Origin: Paraspadella gotoi
Taxonomy: Eukaryota > Animalia > Chaetognatha
DNA length: 64,000 nt
NCBI GenBank assembly: GCA_051294375.1
Contig: CM119267.1
Location: forward strand, 26,337,324 to 26,401,323
Direction: 5' to 3'
Under the pieces are notes generated by a model, which had not been told where the DNA came from, made no database searches, and worked only from the letters and a program-made list of their open reading frames with translations. Positions within the stretch are counted from its first letter, which is position 1; every line of letters starts with the position of its first letter. The position numbers and the translations under genes were made by a program. Shown one piece after another: positions 35,801 through 49,368 of the stretch.

Positions 35801-37064
35801 GAGGCCCCCCCAAACGACCTCCAACGCGGGATCCAAAATGCAACAGCATCGAGAGGAGAAGCGCCGAAACCAATGGCGTCTGATTGCCGGGGCGCCGCAT
35901 TGAGCACCTAACTCCATGACAAGGACCTCGCCAAAAAAGTGCCATAATGCTAATTAGCGGCGAGGACGTCAACATTGGAAAAGACGTCCATGGACGAGCT
36001 TGAGCGGAAAGACCTTGATCTCGCGCAGCTCGTCGGCGACCACGAGGGAGAAGCGTGATTCCCTTGGAAAACGCCGCCTCAAAAAAAGGCAGAGAAGCGC
36101 GTGGGGCAACGGAGAAATCAGGCAACGAAGGCGCTACGACCCAGAGGCAGACACGGCAGGTCACTTGATGTGTCCGCAAGATCCAGAAGGCTGAGAGAAC
36201 GCGTCGAACTCTGCGCGGCAAAAAAAGCCACATGGCGCGGATCCAATGGGTCACCCGTCCAAATACTAACCGGGCCCGAGGTTGCTCAACTTCGGTGATC
36301 AGACGAGAGCTGGAAAAAAAAAGTCAATGTGGGATGGACGAGAGGAACTGTCGCCAACCTGCTCGACAGCAGGGGGTCGTATAAACCGTCAACGTCTATA
36401 TCTGAAGTAGACGAAGCTTCTCCTTCCTGGGCCGTATCTGAGGGCAGGAGGTCGCGATCTGGGGGGAGAAACGACGCCGCGGAGGCGAGATCGACCCATC
36501 GGCGAAGACGCAAAGTAGAGACAGGTCGAGCGGGAGGTCCCAACTCCTGCCGACTCTCCGGACTCCGAAATGCGGCGGAAACGTAGGACGTCTATCGGAC
36601 GCCCTCTCTCTTCAGAGGAGGCGGAGTCGAGAATCGGAGCCGTAAGCGATGCCATGGGCCGTTGAAACGGTCGAGGCGACGCTTCGCGTCTAAAAGAGGC
36701 CGAGGCAGGAGCCCGGGGGAGGGACAGCTCTCTGGAAGCAAAGGACGAGGCAAGGAGAAGCGGCGAAGTGAAAACGACGAAGGATGTTCGTTTGAGGTCG
36801 TCCGTTCGATAAGAATCATCACATGAACGTAAGCAAAAAACAAAAATTTTGATTAATATCAAATTTAACAATACTCCCCCCTTTTTTTTCTCTCTCTAAA
36901 AAAAAATATTAAAATCAAAAAATATTTTTTCCTTCCAAACACACTACAAAAAACGAAAACCGAACCACACCCGCGACCACACCCACCCAGAGGCGAAAGG
37001 GGCGGCGGCGGGAGAATGTGGTGGGGGTTTCGATAAGAATCATAATTCCATTCAGAATTAAAGA
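32808..37064 (-). mobile_element. Degenerate DIRS1-like tyrosine-recombinase retrotransposon with inverted termini
   Basis: ~45-bp inverted ends (tctttaattctgaatggaattatgattcttat at 32808; reverse complement at 37021-37064). Fragments: RT (LDFLGFHWD), RNase H (TTDASQEGWG, INVKEF), MTase-like (IDLFAT, FPPP, WPAQKWF), YR (ALASARRPSEI, CPIAALKEWL). Many frameshifts and deletions. Confidence 0.88.
35409..35776 (+). repeat. 26-bp minisatellite (aagtggctcgtcgacaatcgtccgcc), ~14 units, inside the DIRS element
   Basis: Directly visible head-to-tail units with no spacers. Confidence 0.93.
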
Positions 37065-39105
37065 GAGAGAGAGAAGCCAAAACATTTTCGGACGAATCAG
37101 CAGCGGCAGCAGCAGAGGCAGCCAGAAAAAAAGAAATCAAAAGGCAGCAGCAGAAGCAGCAGGAGAAAAGAGAGAAAATGAATAAGTCCCTGCAGAGCCA
37201 GCTGCAGACTCGTTTTTTTCCCGATGAATAAGCACTAGGGAAAAGAGAGAGAGATAGCTACATATAATTAAAAGAAAAAAGAGGAGACCTAAAAATAAAA
37301 TAGAGGATATTTGTTTGTTTTGATAAAACGTAAACAAAACATTTAATAACTGTCCTCACCCAATTTTAAGGACATCGATGATGAGAAGCTGTATATAAAT
37401 TTTCAGCTTCATACTCCCAAATTTAATCATTAAAAAGGCGATCTATAATTTGGAACGCCGACGACGACGACTTATGTGCAAAACCACAGCAAAATCGTCG
37501 CAAACTCAAAGCGATTGCGACGATAAAAATTCCCATACTATAAACTAATTATTTTGTTTATAAAATGTAAACAAATTACATTTGGTGCATGACCGCATCA
37601 TTTTTAAAGGGCCTTGATGATGAGAATATGTATCTAAATTTTCAGCTTCATTCAATTACAAATAATATTAGAAAAGGCGATCTTTAATTTGGAACGCTCA
37701 CGACGACATTTATAGGCACGATCGTCGCATACGCAAGCGATTGCGACGATAAAAATTGAAAGTAAGAAAAAATTTCACTTAATAAGGACTTCAAGCAAAT
37801 TTTTCGTTCGGAATCAGCGCGATTGCTCAAGGTCCGGGATCACAATTCAAATTATAATTAGGCTAAAGCCGAGCTCGGATTTTCGAAAGGAGAGCTCCTG
37901 ACGATTCCGAAAATGTATTCACTTTACTTTTTTTCAAAGGCGTCATCGTTTTTTCGATTTTTTTTTTTGTACTATATAAAATAAAAGAAACCTATTTGAA
38001 GAGTTGCAGCCCAAACGGTAAGGCGGTTTCTCATGAAATTTGGCATGAATTACCTTTATGTAACGAACTCCAATTCTATGAAAAGATACTTTCAAAATTT
38101 GCCTTCCTTCATAGATAATTTGATTATTTTAGTCAATTTTTGGGATTAATTCCTTAATATCTTTGAAACGAAAAACATTTTTTCAAAAACGCGCTCATAG
38201 AATCTCCCCCACCTTTCCTTTCTTGCCCAATATATTTTTTTCTTCAAGAAGAGTCCAACGGTTTGAGCTGCAACTCTTCGTTTTTAACTTCACTTCGTCA
38301 AGAAAATTAAATTCTGTACTCATTACCTTGCAAGATTCACCACAACATACACAAGCACGGGATGTGATGGAGTTTGTTTAACGCCAATGTCTTAAAAAAA
38401 TGGCTTACTGTTTTTAATTTTTTTAATTCAGATTTGATTTTTTTTTCAAAGATTCCCTTGAAAATAAGGCAACTATATTATGATATAAATATTTACATAA
38501 AGTAAAAGTCAAATTTAAATAAATTCGATAAGTTGTTTTTAACTCATAAACTCATAATCCGTCTGGAAAATGTGTAGAGTAGTTTATTTTAGACTTATTA
38601 GTGATATAACTCCAAGTATGTACTTGAACCAAAAGAAGAATTAAATATAAGAAGTAGAAATTGAGCTTACTGTAAAGAATCAGTTTTAAGTTGAAAATTT
38701 GGTTGTAGAAATTAAGCTTACAGTTAAAAAATTATTTTTCTCTTGAAAATCTAGTTTTACGGAGAAAAAAAATTTTGTTTAAATTTTTATGAACATTTTG
38801 GGTAGATTTTTAAAAGTTTTTGATTATTTTTTAATAGAAGACCTCTTACAAGATGTGAGAAAATGATTAAGATACAGTAAATTAAGATTTCTACAATTTT
38901 AGGTTGAGTGATCCCTGGCCTTAATGCTTATGAAGAGCGAAATTTTCGTTTGAAACATGTTTTCAATGAAAAAAAAAGGTTTTATTTTTACTAACATTTT
39001 TTTTATGACACAAACCCCCTTATAAAGTTATCACTTCAACGAAAGTAACCCGATGTTAACTAGATAACATTAAAAGAAGTGATATTGATCTAAATGGAAA
39101 AAAAC

Positions 39106-39306
39106 CTTAGCGTTTCCGGCCCTGAGCCTAAGCTTCTTCTCGTGCGGCTTTCCCTTGAGATGCATCTGGTACTGATCTCCGTCGGCCAAACACGTATTAC
39201 AGACGTCGCAATTCCAGGAGATGGCGGGCGACGCCTCCCCCTCCTCCCCAGATTTGCGACGAAGAAATTCCGCGTAGGCCAAACTGTTTGACCCCATCGC
39301 TTTCAC
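39106..39306 (-). CDS. Multi-zinc-finger gene exon 3 (finger 2)
   Basis: tttttcaag|GTG; WNCDVCNTCLADGDQYQMHLKGKPHEKK; AAG|gtttt; 201 nt, phase 0-0. Confidence 0.92.
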
Positions 39307-39407
39307 CTTGAAAAAGAAAAATACAAAGTTGCAGATCAAAATTTGTATAGTTAATCATGAACAGTCTTGGACTAAGGAACATTGATATATAAAAAACAAG
39401 TTTGAGC

Positions 39408-41060
39408 AATAAGGCGTAGTAAAATTTCTAAATTTAACTTTAATTAAAATTCTAAAAGTGAGGAACGAACAACATTATATTAATGAACATTTAAGTAATA
39501 AAAAAATTTATAATAAATTTTACACAGTAGGCCATATTTATACTAGTACTAAACCAATAAATGTTAAAATTTCAAAACAGTTTTTTTAAAGATTTTTTTG
39601 CAGATTTGGATTCGTCATAAAAAGTTGATAAAAAGAAATATAACTCTTTTTGAAAAATTCCTTCATTAAGTGGGGCAAAAATTAGAAAAATCTACAGGAG
39701 CATCCGTCAAGAATTTCTCAGACGGCAAGCTCTGTAACTCGAGTACAAATGATAATTTTAAAGAGCTTTTGTATTGATATCGAGTACACATATGGCTACT
39801 CCCCCTTTCGATAAGCCATTGCTCTACGACCAATTTTGGGACATCAGAACTTATTGTAAAAAGTAGCTTCAGCCAGATTTGAACCTGAAACCTTTTCGTA
39901 ACGTTGAAATCCGGCGCGCTAAGCACTCAGCCAAATGATTTTCAAAAAAATTTTGTCCAAATTAAATTATATAAAGCTGTAGGTTCGATTTTAATTTTTT
40001 GGGGGAAACAAAAAATTCAACATTCGAAGGCAGAGATTTCGACATCCGAGTCACAAGTTTCCCGATTCGTGACGGAACATCGGAACGACGACGATTAATA
40101 CAAAGAAGAAAGCGAATATCTGACTTATTTTTAATGTTTAAAATTGAGGAAAAGTCAGAAGCAGTTGCCTCTTTAAGCCGCGACGTTGAACATTTTCATG
40201 TTGCTTTTAAGGTGTTTTATTAAGTGTTTTTAACCAGTTGCTTATTTCATTCCAATCCATCCATCCAATCATGAGTAATTGGTATTTTTTGCTAAGGTGG
40301 GACGTACGGGCGGACGGACAGACGAACATCGTTTTTTTTTTTGCATAATTTATTATAATTCGATGTTCTGACACGATATAAGTGAATGCCCAACAAGATT
40401 GAGGGACTGACAAATTGACTGAAAGCAGAACCGACTAAAAAGAAAAGAAAAAACAAAATTTATATTGAGGATTTTGAATTTTTTTTTTAATTAACGAGAT
40501 GGCCGAGTGGTTAAAAACTAAGATTTTGACGCAGAATGGAATGGTAGGATTCGAATCCCACTCAAGGCAACCTTTTACAATAAACTGCTATGACCCAAAA
40601 GTGGTCGTTGAGCAATGGCTTACTGAAGGGGGAGTAGCCATATGAGTACTCGATAACAAGACAAAAACTCTTTTTCAAATTATCATTTGTACTCGAGTTA
40701 CAGAGCTTGCCGTCTCAGAAATTCTAGAAGGATGCTACTGTATATTTTAAGCTGAAAATTAACTTTTTATATATTAAATATAGTTTTTTTAATTTTTAAC
40801 CCAATTAATGAAAGAATTTTTTAAAATGATTTCTATTTTCTTTTATCAACTTTTGACGAGGAATTCAAATCTGCAATCAAAATTAAGAAAAGCTTATTTT
40901 GAAATTTTTCCATTTTATAAGGATAGTACTATATATAAATATAGCCTACTGCGAAAATTAAAAAACATAAAATTAATTTTTTTTACAAATTAATGTTCAC
41001 TGATGGTATGTTGTTCATAATTGACTTTTAGAATTTTCGTAACTTTCACTACGCCTTATT
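39408..41060. mobile_element. Fold-back/MITE-like element with long imperfect inverted arms, inserted in a HINE-A end
   Basis: aataaggcgtagt ... actacgccttatt termini flanked by gagc on both sides, splitting gtttgagc|aaacaatgtcgg. Arms 39408-~39850 and ~40585-41060 are reverse-complementary. Confidence 0.85.
40497..40572 (+). other. tRNA-like/SINE head (pseudo-tRNA)
   Basis: A-box TGGCCGAGTGGTT and B-box GGATTCGAATCC; stems do not give a clean cloverleaf. Mirror unit on the minus strand at ~39876-39934. Confidence 0.55.
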
Positions 41061-41735
41061 GAGCAAACAATGTCGGATCTGCCCACGATCATTATCGGTA
41101 ATTAATTAATTAATTAAATAATTCAAGTTAATTTAATAATTAAATAATTCAAGTTGATTAATTAATTAGGCAATTAATTAATTAATTTAAACCCAAATGT
41201 TTGTTTTTAAGTCTTTTTGTCACTAACCACGACAACAGCAATGACGACGATGAGAATAATACTAATAACGATTGACTTAATTGATTGACTAATTAATTAT
41301 TAATTAACTAAATGATTAATTAACCGATTAATTATTTGACTAATTAATAATTAATTAATTATTCACACCGCCTCACGTCCACCATCGTTCAGCCAAATTC
41401 ATTGGCTCAGAGGGGGAACACACCATCCCAGGCGTAGTGTTCCATCCGTCACTGAGGGTCGGAAGCCCCCAAAGCCAACAGTGAGATGCCCCATCCCAAT
41501 GGGCAACACAGGCAACCCGACTGTTGCCATAACATCTTGCATTTACATTTAATATAAAAAGAAACAATTACTTAATAAAACTTGTTTTTTCCATATAAAC
41601 TCATTTCCACTAAAACGATTCTATCGAAACTTGATTTCCAGCTTAATCACACACTTTCCTACCCACATACAAAATTTTGGTCAATCGCCCCATCCACTCG
41701 TGAGCTATTGGTGTTTAAATAGTGAAATTTATTTT

Positions 41736-44725
41736 TTTAATTTTTTCCATTTAAACTAGATGGTTCCCCCTCACCACAGATGACTTTCTATACCAGCGGC
41801 AGCAGTAGCTTTTTCAATCGCAATTTTAATATCGTCAACAGGAACATCGGCCACCGCTAAAATGTTAGAAAACAATGCAATTAGATTACATAGAATATTT
41901 GCTGCACCGAAAGGTCTTTATTTGTGATACGATCTCGGATCCCGGAAAACGTCGTCAGTCTTTTGGTTTCTTCGTCAGAGTTTCGCGGGCGTAGCAAACC
42001 TCCGACTTCAGCGCCTTTTTGACCTCCAAATCCGAGACTCCATTTGATTTCGCACCTTTCAAGAAATTTTTCAACATCAGAAGACGAAGAAAAAGGCCCA
42101 TTATGCTTTTTACAATTATCTAAAAGGTTTAGTCTCTTTTTTTGATAAAGTTGCTGCCTTCCCTTTTAAAGATTGAAACAGCATCAATTTTTTTCTGTTT
42201 TTGTTTTCATTAAATTGTTTTTGCAGCGAATCTAACTCAGCACTGAACTTTCTTACTTCACGAGCAGCTGTTGTCCCATAGATACTTATACCACCGCTAC
42301 GAATTACGAGACGGTCTGAAACACACTTTACACTTGTAGTCCGAAGTCGAGTGAGGTAGCTATCAATAAGACCAAACGAATTTTCTGCCGCCAGATTCGT
42401 CACGGGAAGTTGCTTTAACTTTGGTGCCGGAATTTGAGAAACATCATCTGTAAAAAATTTAACAGTATGTATGGTTTAAAAATAATAAATTCCGTATATT
42501 AACCAAATAAAAGGCAAATAAAAACTTTATCACTCATTAAAACCTTTGTTTCTGAGTTAGCTGAAAATCCGTAAGCATCCCCTCTTTGCCGTAGTAAGGT
42601 CTTGCGCAGTGGTGACTCATCAGGCCCAGTATGTTCTTCAGAGTTTCCTCGGTCTCGCTGTCCAAGCCCGTCAATCTCCAACTGCAAAGACTCTAACCAA
42701 CGTTTAGGATAAACATTTTATTTAAAACCTCAGTGAATGAAAGCTGTAAAGGAGGAATAGCTGCTTGCGTGGTTGACAATGCCCGTGAAAGCGAATTGTT
42801 TGTAATTAGACAACTCCGAATAAAGCAATGGAAGGGAACTAAGCAATTCGATATGAGTTGAATTTTTACCAATTCAATAAGGGCTCCACGAGATGCAATC
42901 CAATAAGACCAAGGGACAACAGAACGATTTGATAAAACCGCACTCCAAAATCGTCCTGACAAAAATGACAAGATCATTACGATTTTCAATTCTATCACAA
43001 AGATTTCGCACATCATCCCAATGATACAAAACTACAGTGGCGGATTTCTACAGCACCAAACCTATGACTTCTTAATGAAAAGGCATCGTTTTTTTTATTA
43101 GAATCCAGTTTCAGAAAAGTAGAGCGGTTGTAGTGCTGAAACTGGGGTGAGATTAATTTTTCAAAATCAGCGATAATTACTACTTTTACAAACACGTTTG
43201 ATGTATCGTGACACTTGGATGTACCATAAATTACTTGGACCAAATACTATTGCTCTAAACCAGATATTACATTTAAGTTCAGTGTTTGACGAAGCAAGTA
43301 CATGTGTGCAGTACGCATTTTAGAGGTGAAACGGTTCATGCCTCAGACATTTAAAACGATTTTTTTAAAATTTGTACCAAACTTTATTCATGTTCAGCGG
43401 CGGAATCCGTCATAAAAGCCGTAAGTTTGTTCAAAAAAATTTACTGATGGTAATACCGTTAACACTGACATACGATTTATATATCAACTCATACACATCA
43501 GCATATCTTCTGTGGTTTCACTACTCAACTGCTGGATTGGTAAGAGACATTTGTCGTATCCCAAACTATAGTGGCGCAGTGAAATAGCTTTCCCCGTTCA
43601 TGCTTTCGCGTTGTACTGTCACCATGATGAGTCACCTGTGTCCGTTTCATCTAAATTTAATAGGAAGATTAGCAATGCTCTGCCCTCAGTAGCTTTGCAT
43701 ATTGGATCCCTCATTCGATTTAGTGCTTTGATTTCGAGGGTAGGACATAATTATAAAACTGATCGGTAACTCTCGGCCCTCACTCTTTTCGCCTTTTTTT
43801 ACTTCTGCAATTGCTTCTTCTTGCGTCAAACCAATTCAAACATCAAGGATATGCTTAGACAAAAACATTTTGCTGCAAGGCACGGCTTGATTGTTGGAAT
43901 GCTGAAGCATCTGAAACAAAGTGCATTAAAAAGATCATACACACAATTCCGATATTTCATGAAATGACTCTCGAAAACTTCTTAGATCAAATCTTTTGAC
44001 TTTTTCGGTTTCAATTATCCCCACACTCATCTAAACGCCTTTTTTATTCGTGTAAAAACGGACACGTTTCAACATATCTGGTCTTATATTCTCATTTTGA
44101 TTACTCATCGGAAAGAGAAAAATCTGCGGACTGGCTCGACACACATAACGGTGACATCACATCTTTCTTTTTTCCTCGGCCCATTTGCGATCGCGATCGT
44201 CTTGACTAAATAAAAAAAAAATTATAATAATTCTAAAAATAAAATTTTATATAACTGTTTTCACCTTTTCTGCTTCTCTAATTTTCAGCATCATTCTTCT
44301 TCTTCCATTTCCGATCAACGCCGCGAATGGACATGTTGAACGACTTTCGTAACCTGGTCCTTGATAAAAATCCTGCTCCTCTTTCCGTACGGAATATTAG
44401 TACGCTTTTTCATGATTTTAATCAGGTGATCAGCCATTTTTATGTCAAAAACCTCGTTCATATCTTTGACCCATTTTTCCCAAACCTCGGTTGGTATACC
44501 AACTTGTTTCACCTCTTTGTCTCTAAACTTACGTAATTTGAAATACTATGCTATCTGTTTTTCAACCTTTTACTTTTGTTATACGAAAACTAATACTAGG
44601 AACGTTGGCCTCTCTCCCAAAGGGCGATCACTTGTTCTGAGGACGATTTGACAAGCTTCAGACTTTGTTCTCCGACCGCAGCCATCCCTGCATAGGTGAA
44701 TGATAACGAGCCCTAGCGAGACTGT
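41736..44725 (-). pseudogene. Intron-containing hAT-like DDE transposase, frameshifted as assembled
   Basis: Manual translation across indels: N-terminal W-x2-A-x-VP...VFDI...DFY..DQ...GVD; THHGDSTTRK (~43605-43632); FMTDSAA (~43396-43416); KCVLHTC CxxH (~43300-43320); PVTNLAAENSFG (~42372-42406). AT-rich gt-ag introns at ~44205-44264 and ~42448-42543. Confidence 0.75.
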
Positions 44726-46104
44726 AAATATAAAATTAATTTAATTAATTTAATTAGTTAAGACATTTATAACATTTAGCTTTGGGAAAGAATTATATTA
44801 AATATTATTCCCTTATAATCCAATAAAATAATTCGTTCAGCCGCTAAAGATGAAAAGTGATCTTTTTCGCCATTCACCATTACTATTAAAAAATATTTTT
44901 AAATAATTTTTTTAACTAATGTTTTTAGTAAAAGCTATTTTGTAAAGCTGACCTCGAGAATAAAGAGGAAGGAAGTTTCGTGTGTGGGGGTTAGGGGCGT
45001 TATAGGGTTTCAAGATAAGGAACTAGTGGACATCGCCGAGAGTCTGAGAGGACGTTGCCCTTGGTCGCGTATCTTGGCGGTAGCAACGGCATTGTGATCT
45101 TCGTCCCGGAAGGCCAACGGACCCGCTCCTACGTAGCGTCTACGCTAAAACTACCTAATAAAAAGAAAAGAAAGCTTGTCCATGTCGGACAGAGCATATT
45201 TAACACAAACCACGATTATTCTTAAGTATAAATTTTCAATATTATGTACAAACAAAAATTAAGTTCAAAACATAGACAAACATTATTATGACGGAAAGTG
45301 GTGCAATTTTTTTTCCCAATTTTTTTATTCCATTTACAGTGAAACTGCTCTCTGAAACAAGTTTAAATCCAAAAATCATTTATTTAAATGGACTTATTGT
45401 CTCCATTTAAAATATTTTTTCGTTAATTTAATTTTTCCGAAAAAATTTGAAAAGTTTGCTGGTTTCGCTTAGTTTTCCGTGTAGAGAGGAGCCAGCTTTG
45501 GTCAAACAAAAGAGCAGTCTCTCGAAGCCGAATCTTCGGAATTTAGGAATTAAAAAATATTTTTAATTCTAAAAAAAAAAATTACTCCTGTCTATTACCG
45601 AAATTTAACACTTTTTGTTTCAATCAAAGTTAAATTAAATTGTTTAAGGATTATTTTGATTCTGTTCGCAACTCTGATTATTATCCCCCTATAGACAACG
45701 TTCTGATGCTATTATAAGGTTCTTAATCAGCAGATTTGTTAACAACAGTGGTGGTGACAATGGCTAAGGAATAGCCTGTGAATAACAGGTCCCGAGTTCG
45801 AGACCGAGTCGTCACTCGTTTTTTATTATGAAATTGGTACAACCAATATAAAAATTATCCATTCATTCAATAAATAAGCTATCTTGCCCCTGACTTTGGA
45901 CAGGCTTTGGTGGTTTAAGGCCTCCATCACTCTTACAAGATAATGACATAGCAGGTCCCTGCAAGCTTTCAATCAAGACTTATAATTAATTAGAATTCGA
46001 ATTAAAACATATCAAAGTAGTTTGAGTGGAATATATATATCGGGTCTTGGCCGATAAACGTCACTAATAATTCGTGGAGGAGTTATCACAGGTTCAAATC
46101 CCAC

Positions 46105-46555
46105 AGGTTTAGGGTGAGGGTTAGGGTGAGATGGGTTAGGGTTGAGTAGTTTTAGGCTTAGGGTTGGAGTAGTTTAGGGTTAGGGTTGAGTTAAGTTTTA
46201 TTTTAGGCTTAACTATTAATGTTCAATTTTAGGGATAGGGGGTAGGGAGGGTGTTGTTGATGACCAGGAGGCCCGCGTTAGGGTTAGGCTTAGGGAAGGT
46301 ACTGGCGAGGGACATTAGGGATTAGGGTTGAGGCACGGAGATGTACGGGAGGCCTGGCCCGGGTGAGGGTTAGGGGAGAGGCACAAAGTTGAACGGGAGG
46401 TCTGGTTTAGGGTTAGGGTTGGGAGAGGAGCCCGTAGGTGATGTTCATCCCCGTGTTAGCTACGCTTTTCATTATATTCGCTACTTTTATCACTACTTTT
46501 ATCGCCAAAGCCCTGGCGATATCGCCATGGCGAAGTCGCCAACCAACTAGAACCA
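46105..46555 (-). repeat. TTAGGG-rich dispersed repeat, inverted relative of 26479-27056
   Basis: ggttagggtt runs; ends tcgccaaccaactagaacc, the reverse complement of 26479-26497. Confidence 0.8.
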
Positions 46556-46924
46556 CACCTGCGACTCGTGCGTGAATCGCCGGCGACATCGCTATATCAA
46601 TGAACTATCAGCAATCCCGACTCTATAATTCACTTTGTCGGTCCGTCTCCCTTAATCTTGTCGGACATTCAATTATATCATGTCAGAACATCGAATTATG
46701 ATAAATTATGCAAAAATGTCCGTCCGTTTCGTCTGTCCATCCATCCCACCTTTAAGCAAAAATCACCAATTACCGTGATTGGATGGATGGATTGGAATGA
46801 AATTTTTGTGTGGGTAGGGAAGTGTGTGATTGAGCTACTATCTAGGAAAAAAGTATAAATGACATAATTCATTTATTCAATAAAAAGTATAATAAAATAT
46901 AGGTAAAACATCATGATGATATTC

Positions 46925-47053
46925 TCAATATTTGGTATACCCTTCCTCGGCATCAACTAGTGCCTGCCTTTGTCTGGGTATGCTCTTATACAGCAAATTG
47001 AGGTATGACATCTTTAACGCAATTTTGCGCAGCCCCGATATTAATTTGCGCAT
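46925..47053 (-). pseudogene. Tc1/mariner transposase C-terminal remnant
   Basis: LNLLYKSIPRQRQALVDAEEGYTKY* matches the Tc1 C-terminal pattern L..SMPRR..AVI.A.G..TKY. Confidence 0.7.
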
Positions 47054-49368
47054 CTTTCCTTCTTTTTCTGAGAACTATAATAATACTTTTTTGAACCAGA
47101 AAGAGGTGCAAGGCCTTTAGCATTGCCAAATTAAAAAAATATTTAAAATAATAACTAACTCTATTTAAAATAAAAACAAATAATTAAATACCAAAAAATG
47201 GTGGAAAATTAAATCCTTTTTTTTTTGCTATTTTTTATTTGAAGTAATAATATTTTTTTGCTTGTAACTTCTAAACGATTTGACCTACAAAAAAATTAAA
47301 GGAAGCTACTGAAAGGAAATTCAATATAGATTCGGAAACATTCGGATTTTTTTAAAATTAAATAAGTTTTCGAGTAGATATCTTTTATTAAAAATGTCAT
47401 ATACTTTTTTCCTAGATAGTAGATATGAAGTTTCAATGGAATCGTCCAAGTGGAAATGANNNNNNNNNNNNNNNNNNNNNNNNNGTTTATGAAACAAAAG
47501 ATAAAAACGAATAAATAAAAAAAACGATATAGTTTATAAGTAGCCGGTAGCCGAGCATCCGAGTTAAGAGTTGCGAACAGTCTCAAAAGAATCGACTTCA
47601 ATTTTTTCTTTAATGATTTGATATAACTTTTCCAACTTTTTTTCCTAAAAGCACGGGTAATTCGACGTTTTGTGACAGAACCTCCGTTCGGGCCGCACTC
47701 GCCGATAAATCCTGTCGGAAGCCATGTTTATTCCTCTTCCTCTTCCTCCTCCTATAGAAAACACAGTATTCCTCTTCCTCAAAATTAAAACGAGAAGATA
47801 GTTCTTCACAGATATAATTAATCTTAAATGGAACATAATTCAGCATAACAAAGTAATTTAAAACATACTATTAAGTGTAAACAGTACAAATATTCTTATT
47901 TCAAGTCTTTACAAAAAATGCATAAAAATAAGGATATTTTTAAATATACCAATATAGTAAGTTTTCAGAATGACCGATTAAGACTAACGCTTACAACTAC
48001 TATTTGCTTACAATCGGTCGCATTAACAAATGAATGTTGTTATAATATTGTTTATTTTTAACCTAATCTGTAGTTATAAATGTAACATGATGAGATCACC
48101 TAATCCTAAAAAAAAAGGGTTAAAAAAGAACGGGCGTTTGATCCCGTTTCACACGGGTTTAAGAGACACTTAGTCGTCCAGATAAAATAATTTTATACTA
48201 ACTGAATTTTATGACTGGACGATGACGGAAAATTCGCTTTGGTGAAAAAAAAAAATAAATATTCCAAAACCTTCATTTCATTTACAAAGTTTCTAAAACT
48301 TATGAAAAAAAAGAAAAGAAAACATTAGTAGTCCAGTGCGTCTGCCGCATCACCAAAAGTGAGTGATATCATAAAATATTTTATAATAAATCAACATAAT
48401 ATTAATTAATTAATTTAATTTATTTTAATTTTAAAAAATGCAAGATGAAAAGTTTTAAATTTATAATTTTAAAGATTTGAATTTTTAAATGGCCCTCCCG
48501 TTTCGAAACATTCAGAGGGAACAGCAGACGATATCACGGAGAAAACCTATTTCTACCGTTTACGCATTTAAAAATACACACCTATAATCTTCGCGAAATT
48601 GAAATATTAATAACAAAAATTAAACAAAATGTAAATAAAATTAAAAATAAAAAAAGCATGATACAGAACAAAAACAATTTTTTGAGAGCACTGGGGAAAC
48701 CTTGAATAAGCGAAACGACTCCTTACGGCTGGGGCAAGCGCTTGGTAAGCTGCCTGCGAGTGTGTTGTCCTAAGAGTCACTCGGGATATAGTCGCTACCT
48801 CGGTCAAATAACAAGGAATGCAAATTTTTTTGTGGTTTTTTTGAATTTTTTAAAATTTGTGTTTGGTTTTTAAATTTTTAAACTCAAACACTGAGTAACT
48901 AAAGAAGGGTCAAAGATATGAATTACGAGTTCAACACACGAAGAATAATATCAATTTCATCAATGGTTATTTACAAAATAAAAACCTCTCTTCTCGTCCT
49001 TATAGTATAGTGAGTTACGATGTGGAAGAATAGGTACAAAAGTGATATTTGTCCAGCGTCCAGAGTCCTGGTTCTTTCTTGTGTGAGGGAGAAGAATTGC
49101 CACCTCGCTGATTCCCAATTTGGAATGAAAACTAACCTGAGCTGTATCAAAAGAAAATAACATTCATCAATCATTCCTAAACACCATGATTTTTCAATTT
49201 TCCCTTGCTTACAACAACCGCCAACAAATTGATATTTTACCATATCACTGCTCTCAAAAGAAAGGACTGTGAATTAAATCATGTTTGTTTCCATTGGGTC
49301 TGCCTCAGATGGGGCCTACCTCAGAAAACTTAAAAACCGGCGATCAACTTCTAAATGGCTGGTCCTCA

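Noticed and set aside
40497-40572. Functional tRNA gene (also 45745-45815 and 53080-53150)
   Set aside because: A/B boxes are present but acceptor and anticodon stems do not pair properly and the units sit within repeats; treated as SINE-like.
42900-43020. RNDLVIFVRTILECG as a tyrosine-recombinase box I (Crypton-like)
   Set aside because: No catalytic Arg or HxxR; the surrounding DDE and CxxH motifs fit a hAT-like transposase insertion domain better.
46105-46420. True telomere or chromosome-fusion site
   Set aside because: TTAGGG units are short, degenerate and part of a dispersed repeat within an intron.
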